A stretch of DNA of 64,000 bases, taken from NCBI GenBank assembly GCA_963710755.1, contig CAVQBK010000003.1:1088001-1152000 (forward strand), read 5' to 3'. Source of the DNA: an uncultured bacterium (lineage in GTDB: Bacteria > Oederibacteriota > JAAXVQ01 > JAUVAV01). Below, one piece after another: positions 49,569-60,017 of this stretch. The first letter of the stretch is position 1. Every line of letters starts with the position of its first letter. The notes below the pieces were generated by a model. It ran no database searches. It saw only the letters and a program-made list of their open reading frames with translations, and was not told the DNA's origin. Both the position numbers and the translations under genes were made by a program.

Positions 49569-50333
49569 ATGCGGATTGGGCGGCGTTTAATCCGAAAAGA
49601 AGAAGGTAATATCCTTTACCTAACCCTGATTATGATGATGGTCCTGGTATTGATGGCCCTGGTATTAGTCAATGTTATTCAAATGGCCGTACTCAGAATC
49701 AAGGCTCAACAAGCGGCGGATCATATGGTTTTGTCTGCGGCCACTCTCAAAGCCCGTCTATTGAACAATTTTGCCAATAAAAACAGCTTTATGCAGGCCC
49801 TGTTGCAGACTAAAGGCACGCGTGATAATCCCTTTAATAGCAACACCGAGGCTAAGCAATGGAAGAACACGCTGGAAAACCTGACGCATATCATGAGTGT
49901 GGAAACCACAGCCTTTAGCAGTGCCATGATTCATTCGGAAATATTGGAAACCATTGCCCAAGAAAACGGGCTCAATGAAAAAACAAGCCGGGTTCGTCTC
50001 TACCCGGAAGATATTAAGCCCGATTTGGAGATGAGAACCACCTTCCGCCGGGCCTGGGTAGCTGACCCTTCCTTTCCCCAGAACAAACCTATCGACCTGC
50101 CGGCTTGCTATGAGCCTAAAACGCCATTATATGTGCAAGCACGGGTGGAATGGCAGACCAAGGAGATGATTATTGGCCATCGGCTGTTAAAGGTCAATCT
50201 TCCTGACATTATCACCAGGGCCAGAGCCGAAATAGTTGATGCCGGAATACTTAAAAGTCCGGCTGGCCGGTGCTGGCGGGTAAGGTTGATGCCACCTCAA
50301 CCCAGTGTGGATGAGTACTTAAAAAATCAATAA
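49569..50333 (+). CDS. TadG-like (Tad domain) protein
   Basis: EEGNIL plus TM helix, R.KAQQAAD..VLSAA. Confidence 0.75.
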   Translation: MRIGRRLIRKEEGNILYLTLIMMMVLVLMALVLVNVIQMAVLRIKAQQAADHMVLSAATLKARLLNNFANKNSFMQALLQTKGTRDNPFNSNTEAKQWKNTLENLTHIMSVETTAFSSAMIHSEILETIAQENGLNEKTSRVRLYPEDIKPDLEMRTTFRRAWVADPSFPQNKPIDLPACYEPKTPLYVQARVEWQTKEMIIGHRLLKVNLPDIITRARAEIVDAGILKSPAGRCWRVRLMPPQPSVDEYLKNQ

Positions 50334-50882
50334 TCGTAAAAAAAATCAAAGCCAAAATATAAAATTGGTTGTAAAGCCGTAAAATATCCTGCCATGAATA
50401 GCGGAGATGAACGGAGGATGTAAACTAAGGTACAGGCCTATCAACACAATAATTTATTAGTAATAATCCAAACTTCATTTAACAATTATTGTCTGTTCTG
50501 CATTATCATCGCATCGTGCTTATTACTTGAAGACATTAAGTTCTAAGACTTATCTTTTTTGTTTCAAAAACTACTCCGTTAGCTCTTTTGATAAAGTATT
50601 TGCGAAAAGGTTTATTTTCAAAAAAATTTCGCAAGCTAAGGCTGCCACCATTCGGACGCCGGCTTTAGATATAAATCTAACAAAATTAAATTAACGTGAA
50701 AAACTCATCCTACTGCGGCACTGTTTTCTCAGCTGTGCTGACATTACTTATCAGATCAAGTTTGAGTTATTACAATTTATTGCCGTAAAAGAAGAGTTAT
50801 AAATCGGCCCTTGGATGTGCTGGACCCATCACCTTTAATCTAACAAAAGAGAATCGGCTGAAATGAATCACAACAACTAAAG

Positions 50883-51236
50883 TCAAATCGTGTTAAGTTC
50901 ATCAACCAAATTATTAATCAGCTCCTGATGTTCAGGATTAATATTTTCAAAAGCCATGCCAAAAATAATAACCTGTTTATCATCATCCCGATCAGACCAT
51001 TTAATATGGCCTTTGCCAGTTAACGTTGAAAACGGTTCGGGTAAGGTTAAACGATAGGTTAGACTGGAAGAATCGATCATGGGTTTGGGGATGGGAACAC
51101 TTATGCGCATCCCGCCCAGACTTATATTGAGCACTTGACCGGCAGACGTAATTACGGCCTGTGTTCGAGCATCAATAAAGGTACAACTTATTGGAAAATC
51201 TATATCCACCCGTGGGAAACGCCGATTTTTAACCAT
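50883..51236 (-). CDS. PilZ domain protein
   Basis: RRFPR, NISLGG, IKW, GMAF. Confidence 0.85.
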   Translation of the reverse strand: MVKNRRFPRVDIDFPISCTFIDARTQAVITSAGQVLNISLGGMRISVPIPKPMIDSSSLTYRLTLPEPFSTLTGKGHIKWSDRDDDKQVIIFGMAFENINPEHQELINNLVDELNTI

Positions 51237-51483
51237 AGCTCACCTGCAGTTTAATATAAACACCTTACAAGTTTACCAAATTTAAGCAACAGAAGCCGGA
51301 TTTTTGTTAGGGTACCTCCAAAATAGGAGAAAGATACGAATACCGGTGATTTGAAATTAAACAATTTCCCGTCATATAAGGGAATCGATAAAATACTAAG
51401 TTAGTTACGGAAGTATCTTTTTATGATTTAATGGGGTAAAAGCATCAGAAAAATTAAAAATAGAGCAAAAATCAACAAAAAAA

Positions 51484-51870
51484 CTATTTTTTAAATAACA
51501 TTGATAATGATTCGTGCTCCGATGACAACTCTTCCATAATATGACTTAGTTCCAGACGATGCTGCTGATCGGGATTGGAAAAGGCCAGGCCAATTTGAAC
51601 ATGACTTTGATCAGGATCCTGAAAAGTCCACTTAATATCTCCTTGACCATAAAGGCTTTCGAAAGGTTCTGGCAAATGAATTTGATAATGCAAATGTTGT
51701 GCTTCTTTGGCCCAGCTATGATCATTTAATGGCAAAGCAATTTTCATTCCACCCATACTTATATCTTTGATAATGCCTGATGTGGCCATGGTATCATTAT
51801 CATTCTTTTTCAAGGCGCACGATACAGGAAGGTTTACATCTACTCTTTTAAATTGTCTTTGGTTGTTCAT
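51484..51870 (-). CDS. PilZ domain protein
   Basis: RQFKR, DISMGG, IKW, GLAF. Confidence 0.85.
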   Translation of the reverse strand: MNNQRQFKRVDVNLPVSCALKKNDNDTMATSGIIKDISMGGMKIALPLNDHSWAKEAQHLHYQIHLPEPFESLYGQGDIKWTFQDPDQSHVQIGLAFSNPDQQHRLELSHIMEELSSEHESLSMLFKK

Positions 51871-51909
51871 GTTGCAGTCCCCTCATTAAGGCATTAAGTG
51901 TTAAATTAA

Positions 51910-51937
51910 TTATCGGATTAATTCATGGTCAGCTTTA
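51910..51937 (-). promoter_or_regulatory. sigma28-like promoter candidate
   Basis: Minus strand TAAA-16 nt-TCCGATAA. Confidence 0.55.
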
Positions 51938-52869
51938 GGATCAATTGAAATAGTTCGATACTATTACAGTAAGATGACCATTATTTAAATGATCACTAAT
52001 AAGATAATAAAAATGATCAACGATTACGTGGTCTTGTGGTAGTCATCGGGAATTGAACCAGGTTATATGCTAATGGCAAGTAAAATGATAATGTTTATAA
52101 CATTGAATGGAAGGATGCTAAGAGCATCAGGAAAATTACTAATACTTACTGCCCTAAAACAAAGAAATCAAACCATTGGGGGCCGTAAACCGTTTTGTTT
52201 TTTTGGATATAATGGTTAAATAACTTAGAGTCTGTAGACGCGACCTAATGCAGCGTTAGGACTAGGTTTGATAATATTATTATTTTATAAAGGTTTTTGA
52301 ATTAAATAAAAAAAATAGGCAGCTGTAATATGAGGGGATTGTGGGACGGGTACTAAATCAGGTTGGATAAAATCATACTGTAATAAAATAATAACATTTA
52401 AAATAAAGGAAAAGAAAGATTGTATTAACAATAAAATTAAACTATATAGGCGATTAGAGTTAATTATAAGGATTGGCAAGGTGAAATTGATTTTACCAAG
52501 GAGGTGATGTTACCAGGACCTCATCAATTTATACAATTATTCGCAAGCGTAAAGCGTTAATTTAGAAATAATGATATTTTTCCACTGCCTCCTAAATACC
52601 CCAAGATTCAGTGCGAAACATTTTGTTAGGAATGAGGATTTAAAAACACCTATTTATAAACAATTTTACCTTAAATTTTAAATAAAATGAGTTAAATACT
52701 AATTAAATATCAAATTACTGACTATTACAACAGTAATTAATAACATGAATTTACTAGGAGTGTAAGCAATTAATCTATTCCATGAAGTGGATAGACGGCT
52801 ACGACCTCTCCTGTGTGTACAGGATTCATTACAGTGGGTGGAAACATCCTTATCAAAAAAATATTATAA

Positions 52870-52921
52870 CCGGTCAGGGCAGCCGAAAGTGTCCCTTTCC
52901 CATAATATTAATTCCGGTCGG
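52870..52921 (-). repeat. Diverged solo copy of array unit A (opposite strand)
   Basis: Ungapped match of 42/52 nt (hand count) to the reverse complement of unit A plus overlap. Confidence 0.85.
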
Positions 52922-53479
52922 TACCATTAGGTTTTCATTTTCTCCATTTGTTCGAACTGCTTAGGAGTGCAAGCGAGACGGTTGTACCTACTCGTCGATT
53001 ACCAAAGGATAAGCAAGTAACAAAGGATACCTTCGAATTAAATGAATGGTTTTATGGCCAGAAATAATGGGTTGACAAGTAGTCATTATTATAATAAGAA
53101 TATTGTAATGTCATGGAAAGGACAACTAAATAAAAGTGCAGTAGATGATGGTGATTTATAAATAGTGACCATTTTCCATTGAGCAGTAATGGAATGGTAA
53201 AGTGTCCATTGGGTATGCTTTTGATAGATGGCTTGGTTTATAAAAACTTAACATAAGAAAATAATAATATTAATTTATAGTCATAAAATTAATTTTATAA
53301 AATTATTTTATTACAGGGGAATTATATCTTAAATTAAGAATAAAGCGCTAGGCACCAAAGGGTTAAATTAATCACTTAAACTCAATCAATTTATTATTAT
53401 AAGAAAACATTGCGTATTTAAAAAAAATATGGTACATAAATAGAGGCATCAAATTCTTATAATAATATAAGGATGATTT

Positions 53480-54043
53480 ATGGAGAATCAATTACCCTTT
53501 CATCAGACCATAGCTTCCATTAAAGAGGTATTGTCAAAGAAGTCTTTTGTATTGGGGCTGTTTTTATCCAAAACAACCATGGAGGAGAAAGAAAAAATAG
53601 ATCTATTTATACTCATCGAGAACAACGATTTTATTGATGAAACAGTCAATCTTTTAACTACTATCCAAACAACCTATATCCTTAATCCTGATATTTGGTC
53701 CCTGGAAGCGCTTCAAAATACAGAACAAGACCATGTCCATGCTATTTTTAAAGAAGGTAAACTCATTTATTGGAATGCCATTGTCGATGTCCTGGCCAGT
53801 CAGGTATTTAAAGTTCGACCATATACGATATTTACTTTTGAGGTCAAACAATTCCATCAGCATGCAAAAGTGAAGTTTAATTATCAATTATATGGAAAAA
53901 AGGATAATGGATTATTGAATCAATGGGCTGGTCATCGGTTGGCTAACTCTTGTTTTTATGTTCCTTATTCCAATAAATATAAAGTAATGAGGTATTTTAA
54001 TAAAAATAACATTAAAAACACTCAAAAAGATGTATATTTCTGA
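53480..54043 (+). CDS. Degenerate minimal-nucleotidyltransferase-like domain fused to a Cas2/VapD-like C-terminal domain
   Basis: LFLS...KIDLFIL and IFKEGKLIY (MNT-like); PYTIFTF...KVKFNYQLYG...GLL...G.RL...VP. Confidence 0.55.
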   Translation: MENQLPFHQTIASIKEVLSKKSFVLGLFLSKTTMEEKEKIDLFILIENNDFIDETVNLLTTIQTTYILNPDIWSLEALQNTEQDHVHAIFKEGKLIYWNAIVDVLASQVFKVRPYTIFTFEVKQFHQHAKVKFNYQLYGKKDNGLLNQWAGHRLANSCFYVPYSNKYKVMRYFNKNNIKNTQKDVYF

Positions 54044-54465
54044 TGTATTATTATAAATTATTATCAATTATGTTTGGGATCAAGTTGATGCCTATTGTTT
54101 TAACTGGGCTATTCGGATTTATAATAAGTGAATTGTTTTTTTCATCTATTTTTTTTGGTAATAAAAATCTCTATTTACAGAAAAAAACAAAAAAAGATCA
54201 AAAAAATCCAACATTACTTTGGATTTATCAAATTTTATCATCATTTTTAACAGCATTTTTAATCCAAGTGTTTTTAATTTCCCTCCATGTTAATTCTTTC
54301 GTTGGTGGTAGTGTCATTGGTTTTGTACTTGCCATGGGGTTGATCGTTCCTATTCTTCTTCATGATTTCATCCGTTTTGACATACCTCTTTCTTTGGCGC
54401 CATTAAACCTATTATATCGAGGACTCCAGTTCACCTTAATGGGAGCCTTATTAGGCATTTTATAA
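54043..54465 (+). CDS. Four-TM membrane protein (DUF1761-like)
   Basis: Four hydrophobic helices, IFFG motif, terminal MGALLG; TGATG overlap with the upstream gene. Confidence 0.55.
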   Translation: MYYYKLLSIMFGIKLMPIVLTGLFGFIISELFFSSIFFGNKNLYLQKKTKKDQKNPTLLWIYQILSSFLTAFLIQVFLISLHVNSFVGGSVIGFVLAMGLIVPILLHDFIRFDIPLSLAPLNLLYRGLQFTLMGALLGIL

Positions 54466-54843
54466 ACCTAAATAGTTCCTGCTGCGGATTGGTGTTGGTC
54501 CATCTTTTGGGAGGACGTCGGTTTGCAGAGCAAACCGACGCAGAGAAAAAACGGCTCCCACATGCGATTTTTTTCAATGCCGCCCCAAGGATGAACCAAC
54601 ACCTTGGTGGTCATTTAACAAAATGGCCTTTCCGCAAAAGGAACTACTTATGGTGGGTCTATTACAATAGGGATAACAGTTCCAGTCTAAATCCTTTGGC
54701 CTGATCTGGCCAGATCTCCCGTTTGCCTTAAACTCATGATGCATTAAAGACAAAAGCAGAGTATTTAATAGTATTACAATATGTTGGACTTAGCCGAGGG
54801 AACCTATACCCTTTATAAGTAGTCTATTGTTGAAAAATGGAAG

Positions 54844-55065
54844 GTGGGCATAATGATGGTAAGCATATTAAGAAACAAAGCCCTACCTGCAGAGCGATTA
54901 TTAGGATTGAGGGAGAAAGCCGGTGCAGATCAACTCAAACACGATTATTACCATAAAGTGGTTGGACGTTATCAACAAATCCTATTAAGGACTTATATTA
55001 AAAAACATCGTTTCCGCTGGTTTTGGATGACAATGAAGAAAAAAATACCCCTCTTGAATATTTAG
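54844..55065 (+). CDS. Small basic hypothetical protein
   Basis: ORF with an aaggtgg RBS-like sequence; no recognisable motif. Confidence 0.3.
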   Translation: MGIMMVSILRNKALPAERLLGLREKAGADQLKHDYYHKVVGRYQQILLRTYIKKHRFRWFWMTMKKKIPLLNI

Positions 55066-55169
55066 TCAAATAAGCTTAGACTCAAAAGGTCCTTTGGACT
55101 GGCCCGGTTGCAGGGGAGGTTTGGGTGGCCAAACAAGGGTGGTCGTTAAACAATGAAAGGGGAGTGCAA

Positions 55170-55658
55170 ATGAAAACTTCAGCATTTACAGCGCTTTTAA
55201 TTTTATTGCTTTCCGGATGCAGTACCACAACCTATGTTCAGGACAAGACCAAAGCAATGGCGAGTGGCAATGGATTTTTAAAAGCCATTATGGATCACGA
55301 GTATAAAACAGCTTATGAAAATTATCTTTCTCCAGGATTAAAATTTGGGGCACATGGACAATACGAGTATTTTTTGGCGGACTGGCAGGCTATTATCGAA
55401 AAATTCGGAAAAATAGAAAAAGCCCAGCTGGTGGCTTGGCAACCGGCGCCAGGTAAACATGCCCTGCAATTGTACTACCAAGTAAAGCACCAGCAAGTCA
55501 AAGTGCCGGTAACCTACCATTTGGTTTTGGAAGGCGACAAAACTCACGGGTACACGGTATTCATTGTGGATATTGGCAATGTCCAACCTTACCCGCCTCA
55601 AACGAATCCTCTACCTGAAAAAGTTAATTTGCCCGCACCGGTGGAAATTAATCCCTGA
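55170..55658 (+). CDS. Putative lipoprotein
   Basis: GGGGAG RBS; lipobox LSGC. Confidence 0.75.
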   Translation: MKTSAFTALLILLLSGCSTTTYVQDKTKAMASGNGFLKAIMDHEYKTAYENYLSPGLKFGAHGQYEYFLADWQAIIEKFGKIEKAQLVAWQPAPGKHALQLYYQVKHQQVKVPVTYHLVLEGDKTHGYTVFIVDIGNVQPYPPQTNPLPEKVNLPAPVEINP

Positions 55659-55724
55659 CCATATGAGACGCTGGCCTTTGCAGGACCACCAGCTTTTTAC
55701 AGATGGAGGGATGTCTTATGCCGG

Positions 55725-56759
55725 TTAATTGGTGGAATGGCTGTGGATTTTAGCTATGGCTTCAGCGGCTGATTCGCGTACAGCGGCATCCGCGTCTTGG
55801 CAGGCATCATTTAAAGCCGGTATGGCATGATACGCGGTAGTCCCAATATAGCCCAAGGCTTCAGCGCAATAAAAGCGTACATCGTGGTGATTATCCTTTA
55901 ACCCCCAAATCAAGGCCGGAATGGCCTCATAACCAGCAGGACCAATAAAAGCAAAGCTCTCGGCAGTATAGCGCCGCACCAACTGGTCAGGATGGGCCAG
56001 CGTTTGAATAAGAGGTTGGACCAGCTCACTGATGCCAATCTGGCAGGACGCCAGCAAGGTGATTAGTTGATAATGGAGAAAATAGTATTTATCGAGCATG
56101 CTCTTGAATAGGGGCAGGACATGGTGCACGATCACCGTGTTTTTATCATCGTGAGGAGGCAAGGCAAAGGGGCGTAAGGATCCACTGTTATCCTTGAAGG
56201 CATTGAAGATTCGGATTAAATCACGGCGTTTGGGAAGTCCGATATTGGCCATGGCGTCCAGGGCGTGGTTGTAGGCAAAGTCTTCAGAGAGCGGTCCTTG
56301 CACCAGTTCGAACAAATCAGGAAAGGCATCATTGGCAGGGGGGCCGATCTGGCCCAATAATGTAATGAGGCGGCATCGTTTAAAAGAGGGCGCTTCTTTG
56401 ACAGCCTGGATGAGCGCCGGCACCAAGTAGGTGTTGTGAGGAGTCAATTTTTTAACGGCCATGGCCGCCATTTGGGACAGACTCTCCGATTTCCCCATGA
56501 CTAAAGTGATTAACGGTGAACAGATCTCAGGAATCGCCGGTTGGATTTTGGTGAGGGCCACAATGGCGGTGCCCTGGACAGCCTCATTATAATCCAAAAG
56601 CAGGGGGACCACTTCTTTGGAGGCGGTTTTAGCCTGTTGACCCATATCCCCCAGCGCTTTGACGGCATTTAGACGGTGCCGCCAGTCCAGGCGCCGGGTC
56701 TCTTTGATCAAGACCCGTAGATTAGCATCAATATCATAATTTGGACCTGAGGACATCAT
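55725..56759 (-). CDS. HEAT/PBS-lyase repeat protein
   Basis: Repeated VR..AAEALG.IG.....AIPAL units. Confidence 0.85.
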   Translation of the reverse strand: MMSSGPNYDIDANLRVLIKETRRLDWRHRLNAVKALGDMGQQAKTASKEVVPLLLDYNEAVQGTAIVALTKIQPAIPEICSPLITLVMGKSESLSQMAAMAVKKLTPHNTYLVPALIQAVKEAPSFKRCRLITLLGQIGPPANDAFPDLFELVQGPLSEDFAYNHALDAMANIGLPKRRDLIRIFNAFKDNSGSLRPFALPPHDDKNTVIVHHVLPLFKSMLDKYYFLHYQLITLLASCQIGISELVQPLIQTLAHPDQLVRRYTAESFAFIGPAGYEAIPALIWGLKDNHHDVRFYCAEALGYIGTTAYHAIPALNDACQDADAAVRESAAEAIAKIHSHSTN

Positions 56760-56810
56760 TGGGCCTCCTTGGGTTATTATTATACGACAAGTAATCTTTC
56801 CATTGTCCAG

Positions 56811-57708
56811 CTAATTTTTTAGCAGGTCCATAATGACAGGAACAATATCCGTCAGGTCGTGGATGCGGTGGGCATAGGCTTGGGCCAGCGGGCCATAAAG
56901 AATGGTAGGCACTGGATTAAGGGTGTGGCCGGAAGTGCTTAGATCTTCAATATTGCCGTGGTCACTGGCCAGAATCAAGGCAGTACGTTCAAGATCCAAG
57001 TGACTGAGCAGAGCTTCGACAAAGGTTTCCAAATCGTTCAAACAGGCCTGCACTTCCGGCCAATGCTGACGGTGCCCAAGAAGATCGGTCATAAAATATT
57101 CAAATAAAGTGAAATCATGTTGACTGGCCACCCTGGCCAGCCGGAGGCCGGCTTCGCGGGGGGCCAAATAGGGAACCGGTCTGCCCAAGGTTCGTAAAAA
57201 ATGTCCTGTAATATCGTGATAGACGGCCTGTCCTTGATCATAAGCGTCCTCATATCGCAAAGGAATTTGCGCGCATAACGCGGAATAAGTGGTGACCGAA
57301 TGGCGGCGCTTGCGGCGTTTAATTAAATCCCAATACTCTTTTCTGAAACCATTGGCAAAGGTGGCCTTAAATCCCGAGGCACGGCAACGTGAAAAAATAC
57401 TGTGTTGGCCTAGAATCGTTTTAAGGGCGTCATTGGGATAAGCGCTTTTATGATAACCCAATGCTTGGGGGGCGTTGATGCCGGATAGAAGCGCGGTCTG
57501 GCCGGTGGCACTTTGCGGGGTGCCGGCAATGCCCAGACGAGGCATCTGTCGGCACGATAGTCGCGACTTGACTAAGACCATGCCCATCAGCCACCAAGCG
57601 GCATTGACTGCCCAAGGATACAGGGAAAGCTGCCAGGGGATTGATGTCGCGGTTATCTTTCCCTAATCCCAGACCGTCAATAAAAAGAAGTAATACTTGT
57701 GTTGCCAT
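56811..57708 (-). pseudogene. Alkaline-phosphatase-superfamily metalloenzyme (phosphoglycerate mutase-like), frameshifted
   Basis: FIDGLG in one frame; PQSATGQT, D..GH, SDHGN and HT in another; removing one base near 57540 joins them. Confidence 0.75.
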
Positions 57709-57725
57709 AGCTATCCTGTGTGCGG

Positions 57726-58677
57726 TTAACCGCGAACCGTGATTTCGAAAATGAAATAAATGTACAATGCCAATAAAGCCAGCCCGTGTAAGCGGGTAAG
57801 ATGTGGTGATTTTTTACCCCAGGGTATGATCAGTGAACTTCCGGCCAGCAACAACCAGAAATCCAAATGTAAAGCTTCGGCAGGAACGCGGATGGGGTTC
57901 AATAAGGACGCCACACCCAAAATAAGGAGCAAATTAAAAATATTAGAACCGATCAAATTACCTAAGGCCATATCGCTATGACCCCTAAATAGGGCGACCA
58001 GTGAAGCGGCCAATTCTGGCAAGGAAGTGCCGATGGCCACAACTGATAAACCGATGAAAAACTCAGATACGCCCAATTGCCGGCTAATATGAACGGCCCC
58101 CTGGATAAATAATGCGGAACCAAAGGCCAACCCCACCAGGCCGATGACAATCAGCACCCACGGCTTCCACCAGGCGTTGACCAATTGGTCCGGGCGGTTG
58201 GGGGGGGCTTGGGGATCGATCAGGAGAAGCGGTTTTAATGCAATAAAGGATGAACAGCACCAACAACAACAGCAATACCAGGCCGTCAATTCGTGACAGG
58301 TGCTGATTGGCGGCCAGGGCAAACGTCAATCCCGTAATACCCAGTAAAAAGGGGATTTCTCTTCGGACCAGTGAACGGTTGACGGACACGGGCCTCATTA
58401 AGGTCATGAACCCCAATACCAACCCCAGGTTGGCCATGTTGGAGCCGATCACATTACCCAGGGCGATACCTTGATTGCCTTGCCAGGAAGAAAGGGCGGA
58501 AACAAACAATTCGGGTGAAGAGGTACCCAAAGCCATGATGGTTAGGCCGATGACCAGCGGGGAAATACCGGCTCGAATAGCCAAGGTGCTGGATCCACGC
58601 ACCAAGGCCTCACTGGCCAGCCAAAGAAATACACCACCTACGACCAACTGTCCGATGGCCCAAATCATACTAACCAT
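57726..58677 (-). pseudogene. Ca2+/Na+ antiporter (CaCA, YrbG-like), frameshifted
   Basis: GTSSPEL...GNVIGSN and GTSLPEL...GNLIGSNIFN alpha-repeats lie in different frames; C8 tract at 58200-58207 (C7 restores frame). Confidence 0.85.
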
Positions 58678-58788
58678 GCTCAGACTTCCGGCCCTGAACC
58701 AAGACGACGGGCACGAGCGGTACCAACCAGGCCACGTCCAAGTCGTAACCGCAAGACAATAGGGGGATCATTGTGGGAGGGACTCAAC

Positions 58789-59955
58789 CTAGGAATACTC
58801 CAGGAAAAGCTCGTGCATTTCATCGAAACGGTCCAGGAACAGATCTAATAAATGGGGATCGAAATGCGAAGCCCGTCCCTCTTTAAGGATGCCAAATACC
58901 TGTTCCGGTGGAAAAGGATCCTTGTAGGGGCGTTTGGAAAAGAGCGCATCGAACACATCGATGATGGCCAGTAGGCGTGCTGCCAGCGGAATTTCTTCCC
59001 CCTTGAGCTGGTTGGGATAACCATTGCCGTTCCATTTCTCATGGTGAGAATCAGCAATATCCACGGCCAGCTTGAGCAAGGGCGCCTGTCCTAATATGGC
59101 CGCACCTTTGGTGGTATGGGTTTTCATAATTTCGAACTCATTGTCGTCTAAAGAACCTGGTTTGAGCAGTATGCTGTCAGGAATGGCCACCTTGCCAATA
59201 TCATGCATCATCATAGATACCCGCAAGTTTTCAAGATCTTTAGCGCCAATGCCAATGGCTTTGGCCAAGCGGACGGCATATTCACCGCAGCGTTCAATAT
59301 GCAAACCAGTGTCGTGATCGCGGAATTTTTCAGCCTTGGCCATATTGAGCATGCTGCTGATATAGGCGCTCTTGACTTCGTCATACAGGCGGGCATTATC
59401 AATGGCTACGGAGACTTCGGCCGCCATGGTTTTAAGTCGTTGCGCGTCGGCCGCGGTGAATGTACCCCGGGCCTTGTTCAAGACTTCCAACACGCCGATG
59501 CGTTTACCTTTGATGGGAATGGGTGTGGCAATGAGATTTTTGGTGACGAATTTGGTTTTGTCATCCACCTGCTTGTAAAAGTACTTGCTTTTAGCGGCGT
59601 CGGGAATAAGTAAGGTTCTCCCAGTAAGAAAGGAGCGGCCGGCCACGCCTTTATCGGCAGGCATGCGAATAACTTTTAACACATCCTTCTTCGTACCAGT
59701 TGCCAGATAAAATTTCAGCTCATTGCTCTCGGGATCATGAATTAAAATGGATGAGGCAGTGGCACCGAGCGTTTTTTCCATTAGTTGCATGGAGAGATTG
59801 AGGACTTCATCAATTTCCAAGGAAGAATTAATGAGTTTGATAATGCGGTCCCGGGCTGATATTGTTAGGGTTCCGCTCGAGTGGAGACGTTTGCCTTGGC
59901 GGCGTTTGGAAGCCGCAGCGCTTTTGCCCGGAGTTGATGAAGCACGTCTGGCCAT
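58789..59955 (-). CDS. GAF + HD-GYP cyclic-dinucleotide phosphodiesterase
   Basis: GAF (GVLEVLNK...F...D); HIER, HDIGK, HHEKWNGNGYP, DVFDAL...RPYK. Confidence 0.92.
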   Translation of the reverse strand: MARRASSTPGKSAAASKRRQGKRLHSSGTLTISARDRIIKLINSSLEIDEVLNLSMQLMEKTLGATASSILIHDPESNELKFYLATGTKKDVLKVIRMPADKGVAGRSFLTGRTLLIPDAAKSKYFYKQVDDKTKFVTKNLIATPIPIKGKRIGVLEVLNKARGTFTAADAQRLKTMAAEVSVAIDNARLYDEVKSAYISSMLNMAKAEKFRDHDTGLHIERCGEYAVRLAKAIGIGAKDLENLRVSMMMHDIGKVAIPDSILLKPGSLDDNEFEIMKTHTTKGAAILGQAPLLKLAVDIADSHHEKWNGNGYPNQLKGEEIPLAARLLAIIDVFDALFSKRPYKDPFPPEQVFGILKEGRASHFDPHLLDLFLDRFDEMHELFLEYS

Positions 59956-60017
59956 ATAATCCTCCTGTAGGTTATGAACTGCCTATTGTCCCATGAGTGT
60001 CCTATAAAAGCAAATCC

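Noticed and set aside
50370-50425. IS200/IS605 end relic
   Set aside because: Only a vague resemblance, with an imperfect hairpin and no tnpA/tnpB fragment
52037-52060. tRNA 3' remnant (GGTTCAATTCCC...ACCA on the minus strand) as an integration site
   Set aside because: The T-stem pairs poorly, the spacing to CCA is too short and there is no integrase
53480-54043. Bona fide cas2 / CRISPR adaptation module
   Set aside because: No cas1 or CRISPR array, and the similarity is only fold-level and inferred
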